Part shown: in pieces, positions 1 to 9,127 of the stretch
Layout of the letters: the number at the start of each line of letters is the position of its first letter
Position numbering within the stretch: the first letter of the stretch is position 1
DNA from: an uncultured Acidobacteriota bacterium
Lineage (GTDB): Bacteria > Acidobacteriota > Thermoanaerobaculia > Multivoradales > UBA5704
Assembly (NCBI GenBank): GCA_963770895.1
Contig: CAVYRF010000002.1
Coordinates: 4,672,001 to 4,736,000, forward strand
DNA: 64,000 bases
Direction: 5' to 3'
Program-made: the position numbers and the translations under genes
Notes under the pieces: model-generated
The model's input: only the letters and a program-made list of their open reading frames with translations
Database searches by the model: none
Told to the model about the DNA's origin: nothing

Positions 1-320
1 GTCAGCCACTGGTGGTACTGCGGGGACGCCGGGTTGTGCAGATTGTCGAGCAGCTGCACCAGGTCGGCCTGCGCTCCGGGACGCAGCGCCAGCGACATGA
101 TCATGCGCTCCATCGGCAGGCTGGGATCGGTGCGGCCGATCTCGAACTGCCCGCGCGCCAGCTTGTTGACGTTGTTGTGCAGGACGACCCGGTCCGCCTC
201 GTTGATCGCGTTGGGCGCGACGGCGGCAGCGCCGGACCGGGCGAAGGCCAGACCCTGGACCAAAAGTACCAGGACCACGGCCAGCCGGGTAAATAGCGGC
301 AGGATTCGACGGTCAGTCAT
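1..320 (-). CDS. Secreted S53 (sedolisin/kumamolisin-like) protease, N-terminal part with pro-domain; runs off the window
   Basis: Hand translation from ATG 320 with RBS GGAGGAGG: signal peptide MTDRRILPLFTRLAVVLVLLVQGLAFA, then ...LPMERMIMSLALRPGAQADLVQLLDNLHNPASPQYHQWLT, typical of the pro-kumamolisin activation domain. Confidence 0.8.
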   Translation of the reverse strand, partial: MTDRRILPLFTRLAVVLVLLVQGLAFARSGAAAVAPNAINEADRVVLHNNVNKLARGQFEIGRTDPSLPMERMIMSLALRPGAQADLVQLLDNLHNPASPQYHQWL

Positions 321-684
321 TGAACGACCTCCTCCAAGAGGTTTGGGCACACGCAGCCGCTCCGCCGCATTGCGGAGATCGGCATCAAGAACAGTAAACA
401 AGAGTTACCGGATGAGCGCTGGTACTCGACTACGCAATCGCGCACAGCTTATACAGGGTCGCGAACCTAGCGACTTTCTCGACCGGTGTCAAGCTTGCGG
501 AATGCACCTTCTGCAGAGTGGGGTGCGCGCGTGTAGCGAAATGTTGACAAAGACGATGAACTTTGATGGCGGGCCGCGAATGGCGGCAGCCCGGCAGGAA
601 GCCAGGCGGGTCGCGGGCTTCCGCACCCGCGCCGCGGCGGCGAGGTGGTTCCAGACTGCGAGGGCGGCGAGGCTTCGAGGCGGT

Positions 685-1668
685 CTAGGCTTCGAGGCCG
701 GCGACCAGGCTGCCGAAGCGGGCGGGGTCGACGTTGCCTCCCGACAGGACGACGCCGATGCGGCGGCCGGCGACGTCGGGGACCTTGGCGTGGAGAAGCG
801 CCGCAAAGGCGGCGGCGCCGCCGGGCTCGACCACCAGCTTCATGCGCGAGGCGAGCAGCGCCATGGCCTGGCGCAGCTCCAGGTCGGTGACGGTGGTGAT
901 CCCCTCGGCCAGGGCGGCGACGATGGGGAAGGTCCGTTCGCCCGGATGGGTGGTCTGCAGGGCGTCGGCGATGGTCACCGGCACCGGGATGGTGACCGGC
1001 TTGCCGGCGGCGAGCGACTGCTGCATGTCGTTGCCGGCCTCGGGCTCCACGCCGTGGATGCGCAGCCGCGGCTGCAGGCCGCGCCCGGCGACCGCGATCC
1101 CCGACAGCAGGCCGCCGCCGCCGCAGGGGGCGACCAGCAGATCCAGATCCGGCACGTCTTCGAGCAGCTCCAGGGCGAGCGTGCCCTGGCCGGCGATCAC
1201 CGCTTCGTCGTCGAAGGGGGGCACCAGCACGGCCTGCCGCTCTGAGACGATGCGCCGCGCGATCGCCTCGCGGTCCTCGGTCGCGCGGTCGTAGAGCACC
1301 ACCGAGGCGCCGTAGCCTTCGGTCGCCGCCACCTTGAGCGCCGGAGCGTCGGACGGCATCACGATCGTCGCCGGCATCGCCAGCTCGCGTGCCGCCAGCG
1401 CCACCGCCTGGGCGTGGTTGCCCGAGGAGAACGCGACCACGCCGCCGACGCGCTGGGCGGCGGAAAGCTGGGTGAGCCGCGAGAAGGCGCCGCGCGCCTT
1501 GAAGGCGCCGATGCGCTGAAAGATCTCGCACTTGAAGAACAGCCGGCATCCCAGGCGCTGGTCGAGCTGGTGTGAGGTGAGGACCGGCGTGCGATGGACG
1601 TGCGCGGCGATGCGCTCGCGCGCCGCGCGGACGTCGGCCAGGGTGACCGGAAGAGGCGGGTTGGTCAT
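685..1668 (-). CDS. PLP-dependent threonine/serine dehydratase (serine racemase-like)
   Basis: VHRTPVLTS, KCEIFQRIGAFKARGA (PLP Lys), SSGNHAQ, PCGGGGLLSG, SGGNVD. Confidence 0.9.
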   Translation of the reverse strand: MTNPPLPVTLADVRAARERIAAHVHRTPVLTSHQLDQRLGCRLFFKCEIFQRIGAFKARGAFSRLTQLSAAQRVGGVVAFSSGNHAQAVALAARELAMPATIVMPSDAPALKVAATEGYGASVVLYDRATEDREAIARRIVSERQAVLVPPFDDEAVIAGQGTLALELLEDVPDLDLLVAPCGGGGLLSGIAVAGRGLQPRLRIHGVEPEAGNDMQQSLAAGKPVTIPVPVTIADALQTTHPGERTFPIVAALAEGITTVTDLELRQAMALLASRMKLVVEPGGAAAFAALLHAKVPDVAGRRIGVVLSGGNVDPARFGSLVAGLEA

Positions 1669-1788
1669 CTCGCTCCCATGCCGGGGAAGGTTCCCGGACG
1701 CGGCGTCGATTCTATCCGGCCTTGCGGCGCCGCCTGCGGCGCGCGATACTCGTGGCTCAACTGCAGGCAGACTTTGGGGGAAGAGACG

Positions 1789-2172
1789 ATGACGACTCGG
1801 ACGGCGTGGCGTTGGTCGCGAAGGCTGGCCCTGGCTTGTCTGTGCCTGGGGGCGGCGAGCGTGGTGGCGGTGGCGCAGGACCCGGCGGTGGTGGCGCCGA
1901 AGGTGATCAAGGTGAAGCTCGACAACGAGCGCGTGCGGGTGCTGGAAGACATCAGCAATCCCGGCGACGTCGAGCCGATGCACTCGCACCCGGCCAACAT
2001 CGTGTATGTGATCACCGGCGGCAAGGTGCGCTTCACCTTCCCCGACGGCACGACCAAGGAGGCCGAGCTCAAGGCGGGCGACACCCTGTTCCGCGACCCG
2101 GTCACCCATGCCGCGGCCAATATCGGCAAGACCCAGGTGCACCTGATCATCGTCGAGCTCAAGAAGCCCTGA
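1789..2172 (+). CDS. Secreted cupin-domain protein
   Basis: Signal peptide; LDNERVRV...PMHSHP...VTHAAANIG cupin motifs. Confidence 0.8.
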   Translation: MTTRTAWRWSRRLALACLCLGAASVVAVAQDPAVVAPKVIKVKLDNERVRVLEDISNPGDVEPMHSHPANIVYVITGGKVRFTFPDGTTKEAELKAGDTLFRDPVTHAAANIGKTQVHLIIVELKKP

Positions 2173-2333
2173 CGGCCGGGCGGGCGTCGCCGCCCTGCGG
2201 ATCGTTGCCGCCGGCCGCGGCCGCCGGTGCGGTCGGCCCGCGGGCGGCCGTCGCGGCCTGGTGCCGCGGCGGCTGGCGCAGCCTGGCAGCGGGCGGCGCT
2301 GATAGACTCGCGCCGCCAAAAGGGAGAGCGACG

Positions 2334-3950
2334 ATGAGTGAGACGATCCGTATCCGCAGTTACGTCGAGGACCGTTGGGTGGACGGGGAGGGCCAGGGGG
2401 CGCGGCTGCTCAACCCGGCGACCGAAGAGCTGCTCGCCACCGCCTCGACGCAGGGGATCGACCTCGGCGCCGCTCTGGCCCACGCCCGCGCCGTCGGCGG
2501 CGCCAACCTGCGGCGGTTGGGCTTTGCCGCGCGCGCCCAGCTGCTCAAGCGGCTGGGCGGGGTGATGCGCGAGCATCGCGACGAGCTGCTCGACCTGGCG
2601 ATGCGCAACGGCGGCAACACCAAGTCCGACGCCAAGTTCGACGTCGACGGCGCGAGCGGTGCGATCCTCTATTACGCCGGCCTGGGCGCCACCCTGGGCG
2701 ATGGCCAGGCGCTGGCGGCGGGCGACGGGGTGGGGCTGTCGCGCACGACGCCGCTCTGGGGCCAGCACGTCTGGCTGCCGCTGCGCGGCGCGGCGGTGCT
2801 GATCAACGCCTACAACTTTCCCGCCTGGGGCTTCGCCGAAAAGATGGCGTGCGCGCTGCTGGCCGGCATGCCGGTGGTGGTCAAGCCGGCGACGCAGACC
2901 GCGCTGGTGGCCTGGCGCATCGCCGAGCTGTTCGTCCAGAGCGGCGTCCTGCCGCCCGGCGCCTGGACGTTCCTGGCCGGGCCGGCCGGCGACCTGCTGG
3001 ACCACCTGGAGGCCCAGGACGTCCTGGCCTTCACCGGTTCGGCGACGACCGGCAGCCATCTGCGCACGCACCCGCGCGTGCTGGCCAAGGGGGTGCGGGT
3101 CAACGTCGAAGCCGACTCGCTCAACGCCGTCGTGCTGGGGGCCGACGCCCAGCCGGGCTCGCCCACCTGGGACCTGTGCGTGCGCGAGGTGGCGCATGAA
3201 ATGACGCAGAAGACCGGCCAGAAGTGCACCGCCACGCGCCGCTTCCTGGTGCCTGCCGAGCGCCTTGTGGCAGCCCGCCAGGCCCTGGTCGAGCGGCTGG
3301 CGGCGGTGCACGTCGGCGACCCCTTCGCCGCGCAGGTCACCATGGGGCCGCTGGTCAGCGCGGCGCAGCGCGACAGCGTGCGCGAGGGGGTGGCGGCGCT
3401 GGCGCGCGAAGCGGAGATCGTGTTCGGCGACGCGGCGCAGCCGGTCCGCCACGACGGCGGCGACCCGGCGGTCGGCTTCTTCGTCTCGCCGGTGCTGCTC
3501 GCCGTGCCGGCGGGTACCGCCGCGGCAGGCGCCGGCGCGCGCGACTCGCAGGTCCATGGCCGCGAGGTGTTCGGGCCGGTCGCCACGCTGATCCCCTACG
3601 ACGGCACGGCGGATGGGGCAGCGGCCCTGGTGGCCCTGGGCGAAGGGTCGCTGGTGTCCAGCGTGTATTCGGACGACGCCGGCCTGGTGCGCGACCTGCT
3701 GCTCGGCATGGCGCCCTACAACGGCCGCCTGACCGTCGGCTCGGCGGCAACCGCCCCTGAGTCGTGGAGCCCCGGCGCGGTGTTTCCGGCGCTGCTGCAC
3801 GGCGGCCCCGGCCGCGCCGGCGGCGGCGAGGAGCTGGGCGGGCTGGCCGGCGTCCACCGCTACATGCAGCGCACGGCGCTGCAGGGCGCCAGGCCCCTGG
3901 TCGAAGCGGTCTTTGCCGGCGCCGCCGTGGAGCCGGCGAGCGTCAGCTGA
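2334..3950 (+). CDS. Aldehyde dehydrogenase, 3,4-dehydroadipyl-CoA semialdehyde dehydrogenase / PaaZ N-domain-like
   Basis: INAYNFPAWG, FTGSA, VEADSLN, TQKTGQKCTA (catalytic Cys), EVFGPV, HGGPGRAGGGEELGG; no C-terminal MaoC domain. Confidence 0.88.
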   Translation: MSETIRIRSYVEDRWVDGEGQGARLLNPATEELLATASTQGIDLGAALAHARAVGGANLRRLGFAARAQLLKRLGGVMREHRDELLDLAMRNGGNTKSDAKFDVDGASGAILYYAGLGATLGDGQALAAGDGVGLSRTTPLWGQHVWLPLRGAAVLINAYNFPAWGFAEKMACALLAGMPVVVKPATQTALVAWRIAELFVQSGVLPPGAWTFLAGPAGDLLDHLEAQDVLAFTGSATTGSHLRTHPRVLAKGVRVNVEADSLNAVVLGADAQPGSPTWDLCVREVAHEMTQKTGQKCTATRRFLVPAERLVAARQALVERLAAVHVGDPFAAQVTMGPLVSAAQRDSVREGVAALAREAEIVFGDAAQPVRHDGGDPAVGFFVSPVLLAVPAGTAAAGAGARDSQVHGREVFGPVATLIPYDGTADGAAALVALGEGSLVSSVYSDDAGLVRDLLLGMAPYNGRLTVGSAATAPESWSPGAVFPALLHGGPGRAGGGEELGGLAGVHRYMQRTALQGARPLVEAVFAGAAVEPASVS

Positions 3951-4065
3951 CGCCGGCCCCTGGCCTACGGCCGCGGCAGGACCGGCGCGGCAGGTGGCGG
4001 AACGTCGCGCGCCGGCGAGCGTTAGGATGATCAGACTGCCATTTGCACTGCCAAAGGAGGGAGTC

Positions 4066-5619
4066 GTGACAAAAATGCTCGCTGCCTGCGCGGCTGCGGC
4101 GCTGTTGCTGCTCGCCGGTCCGATGCGCGCCCGCGCCGCCGACAAGAGCGACGGCGACGACGCCAAGAAGGCGCACGCCGAAGCTCCCCAACCCGAATCG
4201 TCGGTCACCCAGCATCAGGCGGTGATCGGCGGCAAGCCGATCCGCTACACCGCGACCGCCGGCACGCTCGTGCTGCGCAACGGCAAGGACGAGCCGGTCG
4301 CAACGGTGGGGTACGTCGCCTACGTGCAGCGCGACACCGCCGACCTGGCGCGGCGCCCGATCACCTTCGCCTACAACGGCGGACCGGGATCGTCGTCGGT
4401 GTGGGTGCACATGGGGGCGCTGGGGCCGCGGCGGGTGGTGACCGGCGACGTCGGCAGCGTGCCGCCGCCGCCCTACCGCGTGGTCGACAACGCCTACAGC
4501 CTGCTCGACAAGACCGACCTGGTGCTGATCGATCCGGTGGGCACCGGTCTGAGCCGCGCCGCCGGCAAGGCGCAGGACAAGGATTTCTGGGGCGTCGACG
4601 AGGATATCGAATCGATCTCCCGCTTCATCAAGCAGTACGTCACCGACAACGGCCGCTGGAACTCGCCCAAGTACCTGTTCGGCGAAAGCTACGGCACCAC
4701 CCGCTCCGCCGGCATCGTGGATTACCTGCAGACGCGTGAAAACATGGCGTTCAACGGCGTCGTGCTGGTCTCCGTGGCGCTCGACTTCGAAGCGATCTTT
4801 TCGTGGAACGGCAACGAGCGCCCCTATGCGCTCTTCCTGCCGACCTTCGCCGCGGTCGCCGCCTACCACCACGCCCTGCCGCACCAGCCCGACAAGCTGG
4901 CGCCGTTCCTGGACGAGGTGCGCGCCTACGCCCTGGGCCCGTACTCGCTGGCGCTGCTCAAGGGTGATCGGCTGTCTGCCGCCGAGCGCGACGCGGTGGC
5001 CGCCAAGCTGCACGAATACACCGGCCTGTCGGTCGACTACATCAAGCTGGCCGACCTGCGCGTGCGCGAAGCCCAATTCACCCAGGAGCTGCTGCGCGAG
5101 CACCGCACGACCGTCGGCCGCCTGGACGCCCGCTTCACCGGCGTCAGCTTCGATCCGCTGGCGGAGGATGCCAACTACGACCCGCAGTCGGCGGCGATCA
5201 GCTCCGCCTACACCGCGGCCTTCTTCGACTACTACCAGAACGAGCTGAACTTCGGCCGCGGCAAGACCTACAACATCCGCAACGGCGACATCTTCACCTC
5301 CTGGAACTGGAAGCACAAAGCCCCCGGCGCCGGCTTTGCCATCCCCTTCCCCAACACCGCGCCCGACCTTGCCCACGCCATCGGCTACAACCCCCACCTG
5401 CGCGTGCTGGTGCTCAACGGGCTCTACGACCTGGCGACCCCCATGCTCGGCACGGAATCGATGATCGATCACCTGGGGTTGGACAGCGACCTGCGCTCGC
5501 ACATCCAGATGAAATACTACGAAGCCGGCCACATGATGTACGTCGACGAACCCTCGCTACGCCAGCTGAAAACCGACGTCGCCACCTTCTTCGACGCCAC
5601 CACCCATCCAGTGCCCTGA
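4066..5619 (+). CDS. Secreted S10 serine carboxypeptidase
   Basis: RBS AAGGAGG; signal peptide; YNGGPGSSS, IDPVGTG, FGESYG, YDLATP, YEAGHMMY. Confidence 0.9.
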   Translation: MTKMLAACAAAALLLLAGPMRARAADKSDGDDAKKAHAEAPQPESSVTQHQAVIGGKPIRYTATAGTLVLRNGKDEPVATVGYVAYVQRDTADLARRPITFAYNGGPGSSSVWVHMGALGPRRVVTGDVGSVPPPPYRVVDNAYSLLDKTDLVLIDPVGTGLSRAAGKAQDKDFWGVDEDIESISRFIKQYVTDNGRWNSPKYLFGESYGTTRSAGIVDYLQTRENMAFNGVVLVSVALDFEAIFSWNGNERPYALFLPTFAAVAAYHHALPHQPDKLAPFLDEVRAYALGPYSLALLKGDRLSAAERDAVAAKLHEYTGLSVDYIKLADLRVREAQFTQELLREHRTTVGRLDARFTGVSFDPLAEDANYDPQSAAISSAYTAAFFDYYQNELNFGRGKTYNIRNGDIFTSWNWKHKAPGAGFAIPFPNTAPDLAHAIGYNPHLRVLVLNGLYDLATPMLGTESMIDHLGLDSDLRSHIQMKYYEAGHMMYVDEPSLRQLKTDVATFFDATTHPVP

Positions 5620-5632
5620 TTTGCAGGCGGGG

Positions 5633-5665
5633 GGCCGCCGCTTGGCGTCAAGCCTCGCGGCGGCC
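5633..5665. terminator. GC stem-loop between convergent genes
   Basis: GGCCGCCGC (5633-5641) pairs with GCGGCGGCC (5657-5665); no clear U-tract. Confidence 0.35.
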
Positions 5666-5668
5666 AGC

Positions 5669-6409
5669 CTAGCCTGGGTTTCGGGCGTACCAGGCGCAGA
5701 TGCGGGTCAACGGGCAGGCTTCACAGAGCGGAGCGCTCCGCTTGCACACGGTTTGACCGTGCTGGCGCAGCAGCTGGTGCGCGCGCATCAGCCAGCCGAA
5801 GTCGTCTCCCAGCTGGGCCTCCACGGCATGAGCGGTCGAGCGGTATTGGGCGGCGTAATCGTCGTGCTCTTCGCCGAAGCCCAAGCGCATTAGCACTCGC
5901 AGGGCGTTGGAGTCGGGGGCCAGGGTGCGCTTGCCGCCCGCGAGCAGCATGATGCGGTCGGCGCCAGGCTCGCCGATGCCGGGAAAACGGCGCAGCAGGC
6001 GCGCCCCGGTCCCCGCCGCCGCCTGCCGGCGCAGCTCTGCGACGCCCACTTGGGCGGCGATGGCGGCCGCCTTCTGGATCTTGGCGGCACGGTGCGCGGG
6101 CAGCATGCCGCCATCGTCGATCAGCTTCGCCAGCTGGTCGTCGGGCACTGCCAGCAGCGCCTCCGGCGTGATCCCCACCGCCTCGCGCAGGCGTTCGAAT
6201 ACCCGTCGCCGTCGTTCGTCGTCGACCAGGTAGGCCGCGTTCTCCCAAATCACCGCGGCGAAGGGGTCGGCGGCGATCGGCGGCGCCGGCGTGCCGTGGC
6301 TCGCCTCCAGATGTGCCACCACCGCATGCAGGTCCGGCGCCGCGGGGCCTTGGCGCTGCGGCACCCGCTTCGCGTGCGTTCGTTTGCCGTGGCGCTCGTT
6401 GCTATTCAT
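5669..6409 (-). CDS. HhH-GPD DNA glycosylase (endonuclease III-like) with 4Fe-4S motif
   Basis: LRRFPGIG HhH, PDSNALR (catalytic Asp position), C-x6-C-x2-C-x5-C (CKRSAPLCEACPLTRIC). Confidence 0.8.
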   Translation of the reverse strand: MNSNERHGKRTHAKRVPQRQGPAAPDLHAVVAHLEASHGTPAPPIAADPFAAVIWENAAYLVDDERRRRVFERLREAVGITPEALLAVPDDQLAKLIDDGGMLPAHRAAKIQKAAAIAAQVGVAELRRQAAAGTGARLLRRFPGIGEPGADRIMLLAGGKRTLAPDSNALRVLMRLGFGEEHDDYAAQYRSTAHAVEAQLGDDFGWLMRAHQLLRQHGQTVCKRSAPLCEACPLTRICAWYARNPG

Positions 6410-6499
6410 CGATGGCAGTCTGAAATTACATCAGGGCCGGCCCCCGCAAGCATATGCTCTCGCGATGGCCGAGCCGCGTTTGCCGCCGTGTCCGCCACG

Positions 6500-7372
6500 A
6501 TGAAATACGGAGCACGAGTTCTCCTTTTGCAGCTGTTGCTGCTGCTTGGATCCTGTCGGCGGGACGCCCCGGCGGGCGCCGGCCGCCTTGCGCCCACCTG
6601 GCGGGAGGCGGCGACGGGGATGGAGTTTGTGCTGATTCCGGCTGGATCGTTCACCATGGGGAGCCCGGCGGGGGAGCCCGGCCGGCAGGCTGACGAGACG
6701 CCGCACCTGGTGACGATCCGCCGGCCGTTCTACCTGGGCAGGTTCGAGGTGACGCAGGGCGAATGGACCGGGCGGATGGGGCACAACCCTTCTCAGTTTG
6801 CCGGGTGTGGTCCGCGCTGTCCCATCGACACGGTGACCTACGACGACGTGCAGGAGTTCATCCGGCGGTTGAGCGCGGCCAGCCACGGCGGGCGCTTCCG
6901 TCTGCCCAGCGAGGCGGAATGGGAGTACGCCTGCCGCGCCGGCACGCGCACGCCTTTTGCGACCGGTTCGACCCTCACGGCGGCGCAGGCCAACTTCGAC
7001 GGCCGTTACCCGTTGTCGGGCACGCCGCCCGGGCGGAACCTGGGGCGTCCGGCGCCGGTCGGCAGCTATCCGCCGAACCCCTGGGGCCTGTACGACATGC
7101 ACGGCAATCTCTGGGAGTGGACCGAAGACTGGTACGCCGCCTACCCGCCAGGCGCGGCGCGCGACCCGCGGGGTCCCGCCCGCGGCGGCGCGCAGCAGGT
7201 CTGGGACGCGCGCGGCGGCGAGTGGGCCTACAAGCGCGTGATCCGCGGCGGCAGCTGGTACTTCGACGCCAACAGCTGCCGCTGTGCCCTGCGCTACACC
7301 CACGCCCCCAAGGATCGCGGCTGGAGCCTCGGCTTCCGCCTGGCGCGGGACGCGGATCAGGATGCGCGCTGA
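6500..7372 (+). CDS. Formylglycine-generating-enzyme (FGE-sulfatase/SUMF1) family lipoprotein
   Basis: Lipobox LLGSC; FTMGS, FEVTQ, RLPSEAEWEYACRAG, NPWGLYDMHGNLWEW, RVIRGGSW, GFRL. Confidence 0.9.
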   Translation: MKYGARVLLLQLLLLLGSCRRDAPAGAGRLAPTWREAATGMEFVLIPAGSFTMGSPAGEPGRQADETPHLVTIRRPFYLGRFEVTQGEWTGRMGHNPSQFAGCGPRCPIDTVTYDDVQEFIRRLSAASHGGRFRLPSEAEWEYACRAGTRTPFATGSTLTAAQANFDGRYPLSGTPPGRNLGRPAPVGSYPPNPWGLYDMHGNLWEWTEDWYAAYPPGAARDPRGPARGGAQQVWDARGGEWAYKRVIRGGSWYFDANSCRCALRYTHAPKDRGWSLGFRLARDADQDAR

Positions 7373-7765
7373 TGCGGGCCGCGGGTCGCCCGCGCTCGGC
7401 AAGACGCTCCGCCGCGCCTCCCCGGCCCGATCGCGGTCGCGCCGCAGGCGCGCCGCGGTCGGGGCAACCTGCGATTGAGGAGTTGGTTCGCGGGCTGCAG
7501 GGAGGGCTGGCCATTGCCCGAGCGCGCACCGCGGGCTCAGGGTCTGGCGAGTGCGCGGTCGAGAGGGCAAAGATTCTGGTGGGGCAGGCAGACGGATCTG
7601 GCGCTATCGGTCGGAGTGAGAAGCGCACGGGGGCCGTGGTGCGCGCGAGGCAAGAGATTCCAAGGAGATCGGGCGAGCGCCGGCCTGCTCAGTCCGCAGC
7701 CCACGGCATCTCGGGCGGGGGCTCCACCATCTGCTGAACGCGCGCCACGAGCGAACCGAAGGTCT
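6910..7765 (+). repeat. Long direct repeat, copy 1 (FGE 3' half plus about 390 bp downstream)
   Basis: Aligns by eye with 11581-12277 at high identity. Confidence 0.92.
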
Positions 7766-7789
7766 TCATCTGCAACCTGCTGTCGCCCC

Positions 7790-8040
7790 GCAAGAGCGTC
7801 GGGTGCCGTCCGCCGGCGAGGTGATCGCGACGGTCGGCAGCGGCGCCGGCACCTGGACCTCGACGATCAGCTGCGCGGCCTGCCCGCTGGCGGCCTCGCG
7901 CGACGTGTCGATACGTCCGCTCATCGTCTCGTTGGTCTTCGCGATCAGCCAAGCGTACTCGTTCGCCGTACCCGCGACGAATGTGGCCACGTCCAGGGTG
8001 CCAGCCGCATCGACCGTACCGCGCGCCCTTGCGAAAAGCG
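7790..8040 (-). pseudogene. Remnant of a large Ig-repeat surface protein
   Basis: ...YAWLIAKTNETMSGRIDTSREAASGQAAQLIVEV-QVPAPLPTVAITSPADG resembles the end of a DNRLRE-like domain plus the start of an Ig-like repeat; no proper start or end. Confidence 0.5.
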
Positions 8041-8099
8041 TGTCTTAGGGATCATCGTACACCCCGGCGGCCTCCGATCGCGATGATCTGCCCTTGCGC

Positions 8100-9113
8100 T
8101 CAGCGAACCGCGCCCCGCGATTCCTTGGGCGAACTGTTCAGGATTACGTCAACGGTGAGCGGTTTAAGGATATTGTCGTACAACACAAAGACGCCTTCAT
8201 GGCCCGCGCCAAGGGCCGTCACAAGACCGTCAGGGCTCACTCGGAGCATGTCGCTTGTCGTTGAGTATTTTGTCCCGCAGCTCGCTGAGGTGAGATTCTG
8301 CCGCACCCCGTTCCATAACGTGCCTGAGACAGCAATCTGCACCGTCTCGCCCTTCTGGCGGAGCATCGCTTTGGGAGAAGAGACATCCAACGATTCGAGG
8401 AGATTTGCGGCGGTCGCCCGTAGTACAACGGGCCCTTGACCCTCATAGGTTGACGCGAAGAACACCGCGGACGTCCTCTGGCCAAGGAGCTGAGTGAAAA
8501 GCTCTATGACTTCTGCCGGCCCAGAGAACGTGACCGGATCCGCGAAGACGAAGGCCTCTGGGTTGCCCCTGAGGGAAGGGATCTGCAGTTGAGCCAGGGA
8601 TGGAACCAGCTTTCGCAGTCTCAACACCAAATCACACGTTGCACTGAACCGCGGCTCGCCCGGCTGATCAAGATGCTCGATTCGCGTCCGCCATTTGGGA
8701 TCGCTTGAAAATAGAACGAGATGTGGTCCGATGAAACCGTAGCGATAGCCGGGCGCGAGCGTGACAATCCGGTCCAGTAGTTGCTGCAGGGTGCACTGGG
8801 GCTGAACCAGAGTCAATCTTGCGTCGGGAGCGGCCTCAATGAACGAAATGGGCACGCCGTACTTCTCCACCAGTATCTTGGCGACGTCCCTGATCGCGAC
8901 ATTCGCGAGAGTGATGGGCCCCAGCTGACGCTGAAGCAGTCGCTGCCCGCTGAGCTCCGGCCATAAGCATCCCGGAGCGCCCAACTGTGGCGGTTCCTCA
9001 GCAACCGCTTGCGCAGGAGCGCTAGCGACGGCCACAAGCATTGAAAGGGCCAATGCGGCAGTCGTGCGTTTTATGATGATATGAAACAAAAACCCTGACA
9101 TGACTGATTCCAT
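8100..9113 (-). CDS. Secreted hypothetical protein with C-terminal Big_2-like Ig domain; partner of the upstream surface protein
   Basis: Signal peptide; C-terminal KGETVQIAVSGTL...LRVSPDGLVTALGAG; lower GC; starts 15 bp after the upstream stop. Confidence 0.65.
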   Translation of the reverse strand: MESVMSGFLFHIIIKRTTAALALSMLVAVASAPAQAVAEEPPQLGAPGCLWPELSGQRLLQRQLGPITLANVAIRDVAKILVEKYGVPISFIEAAPDARLTLVQPQCTLQQLLDRIVTLAPGYRYGFIGPHLVLFSSDPKWRTRIEHLDQPGEPRFSATCDLVLRLRKLVPSLAQLQIPSLRGNPEAFVFADPVTFSGPAEVIELFTQLLGQRTSAVFFASTYEGQGPVVLRATAANLLESLDVSSPKAMLRQKGETVQIAVSGTLWNGVRQNLTSASCGTKYSTTSDMLRVSPDGLVTALGAGHEGVFVLYDNILKPLTVDVILNSSPKESRGAVR

Positions 9114-9127
9114 CTTGCCTCTCATGG

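Noticed and set aside
544-575. TTGACA promoter on the plus strand
   Set aside because: No -10 element at the right spacing and no plus-strand gene downstream
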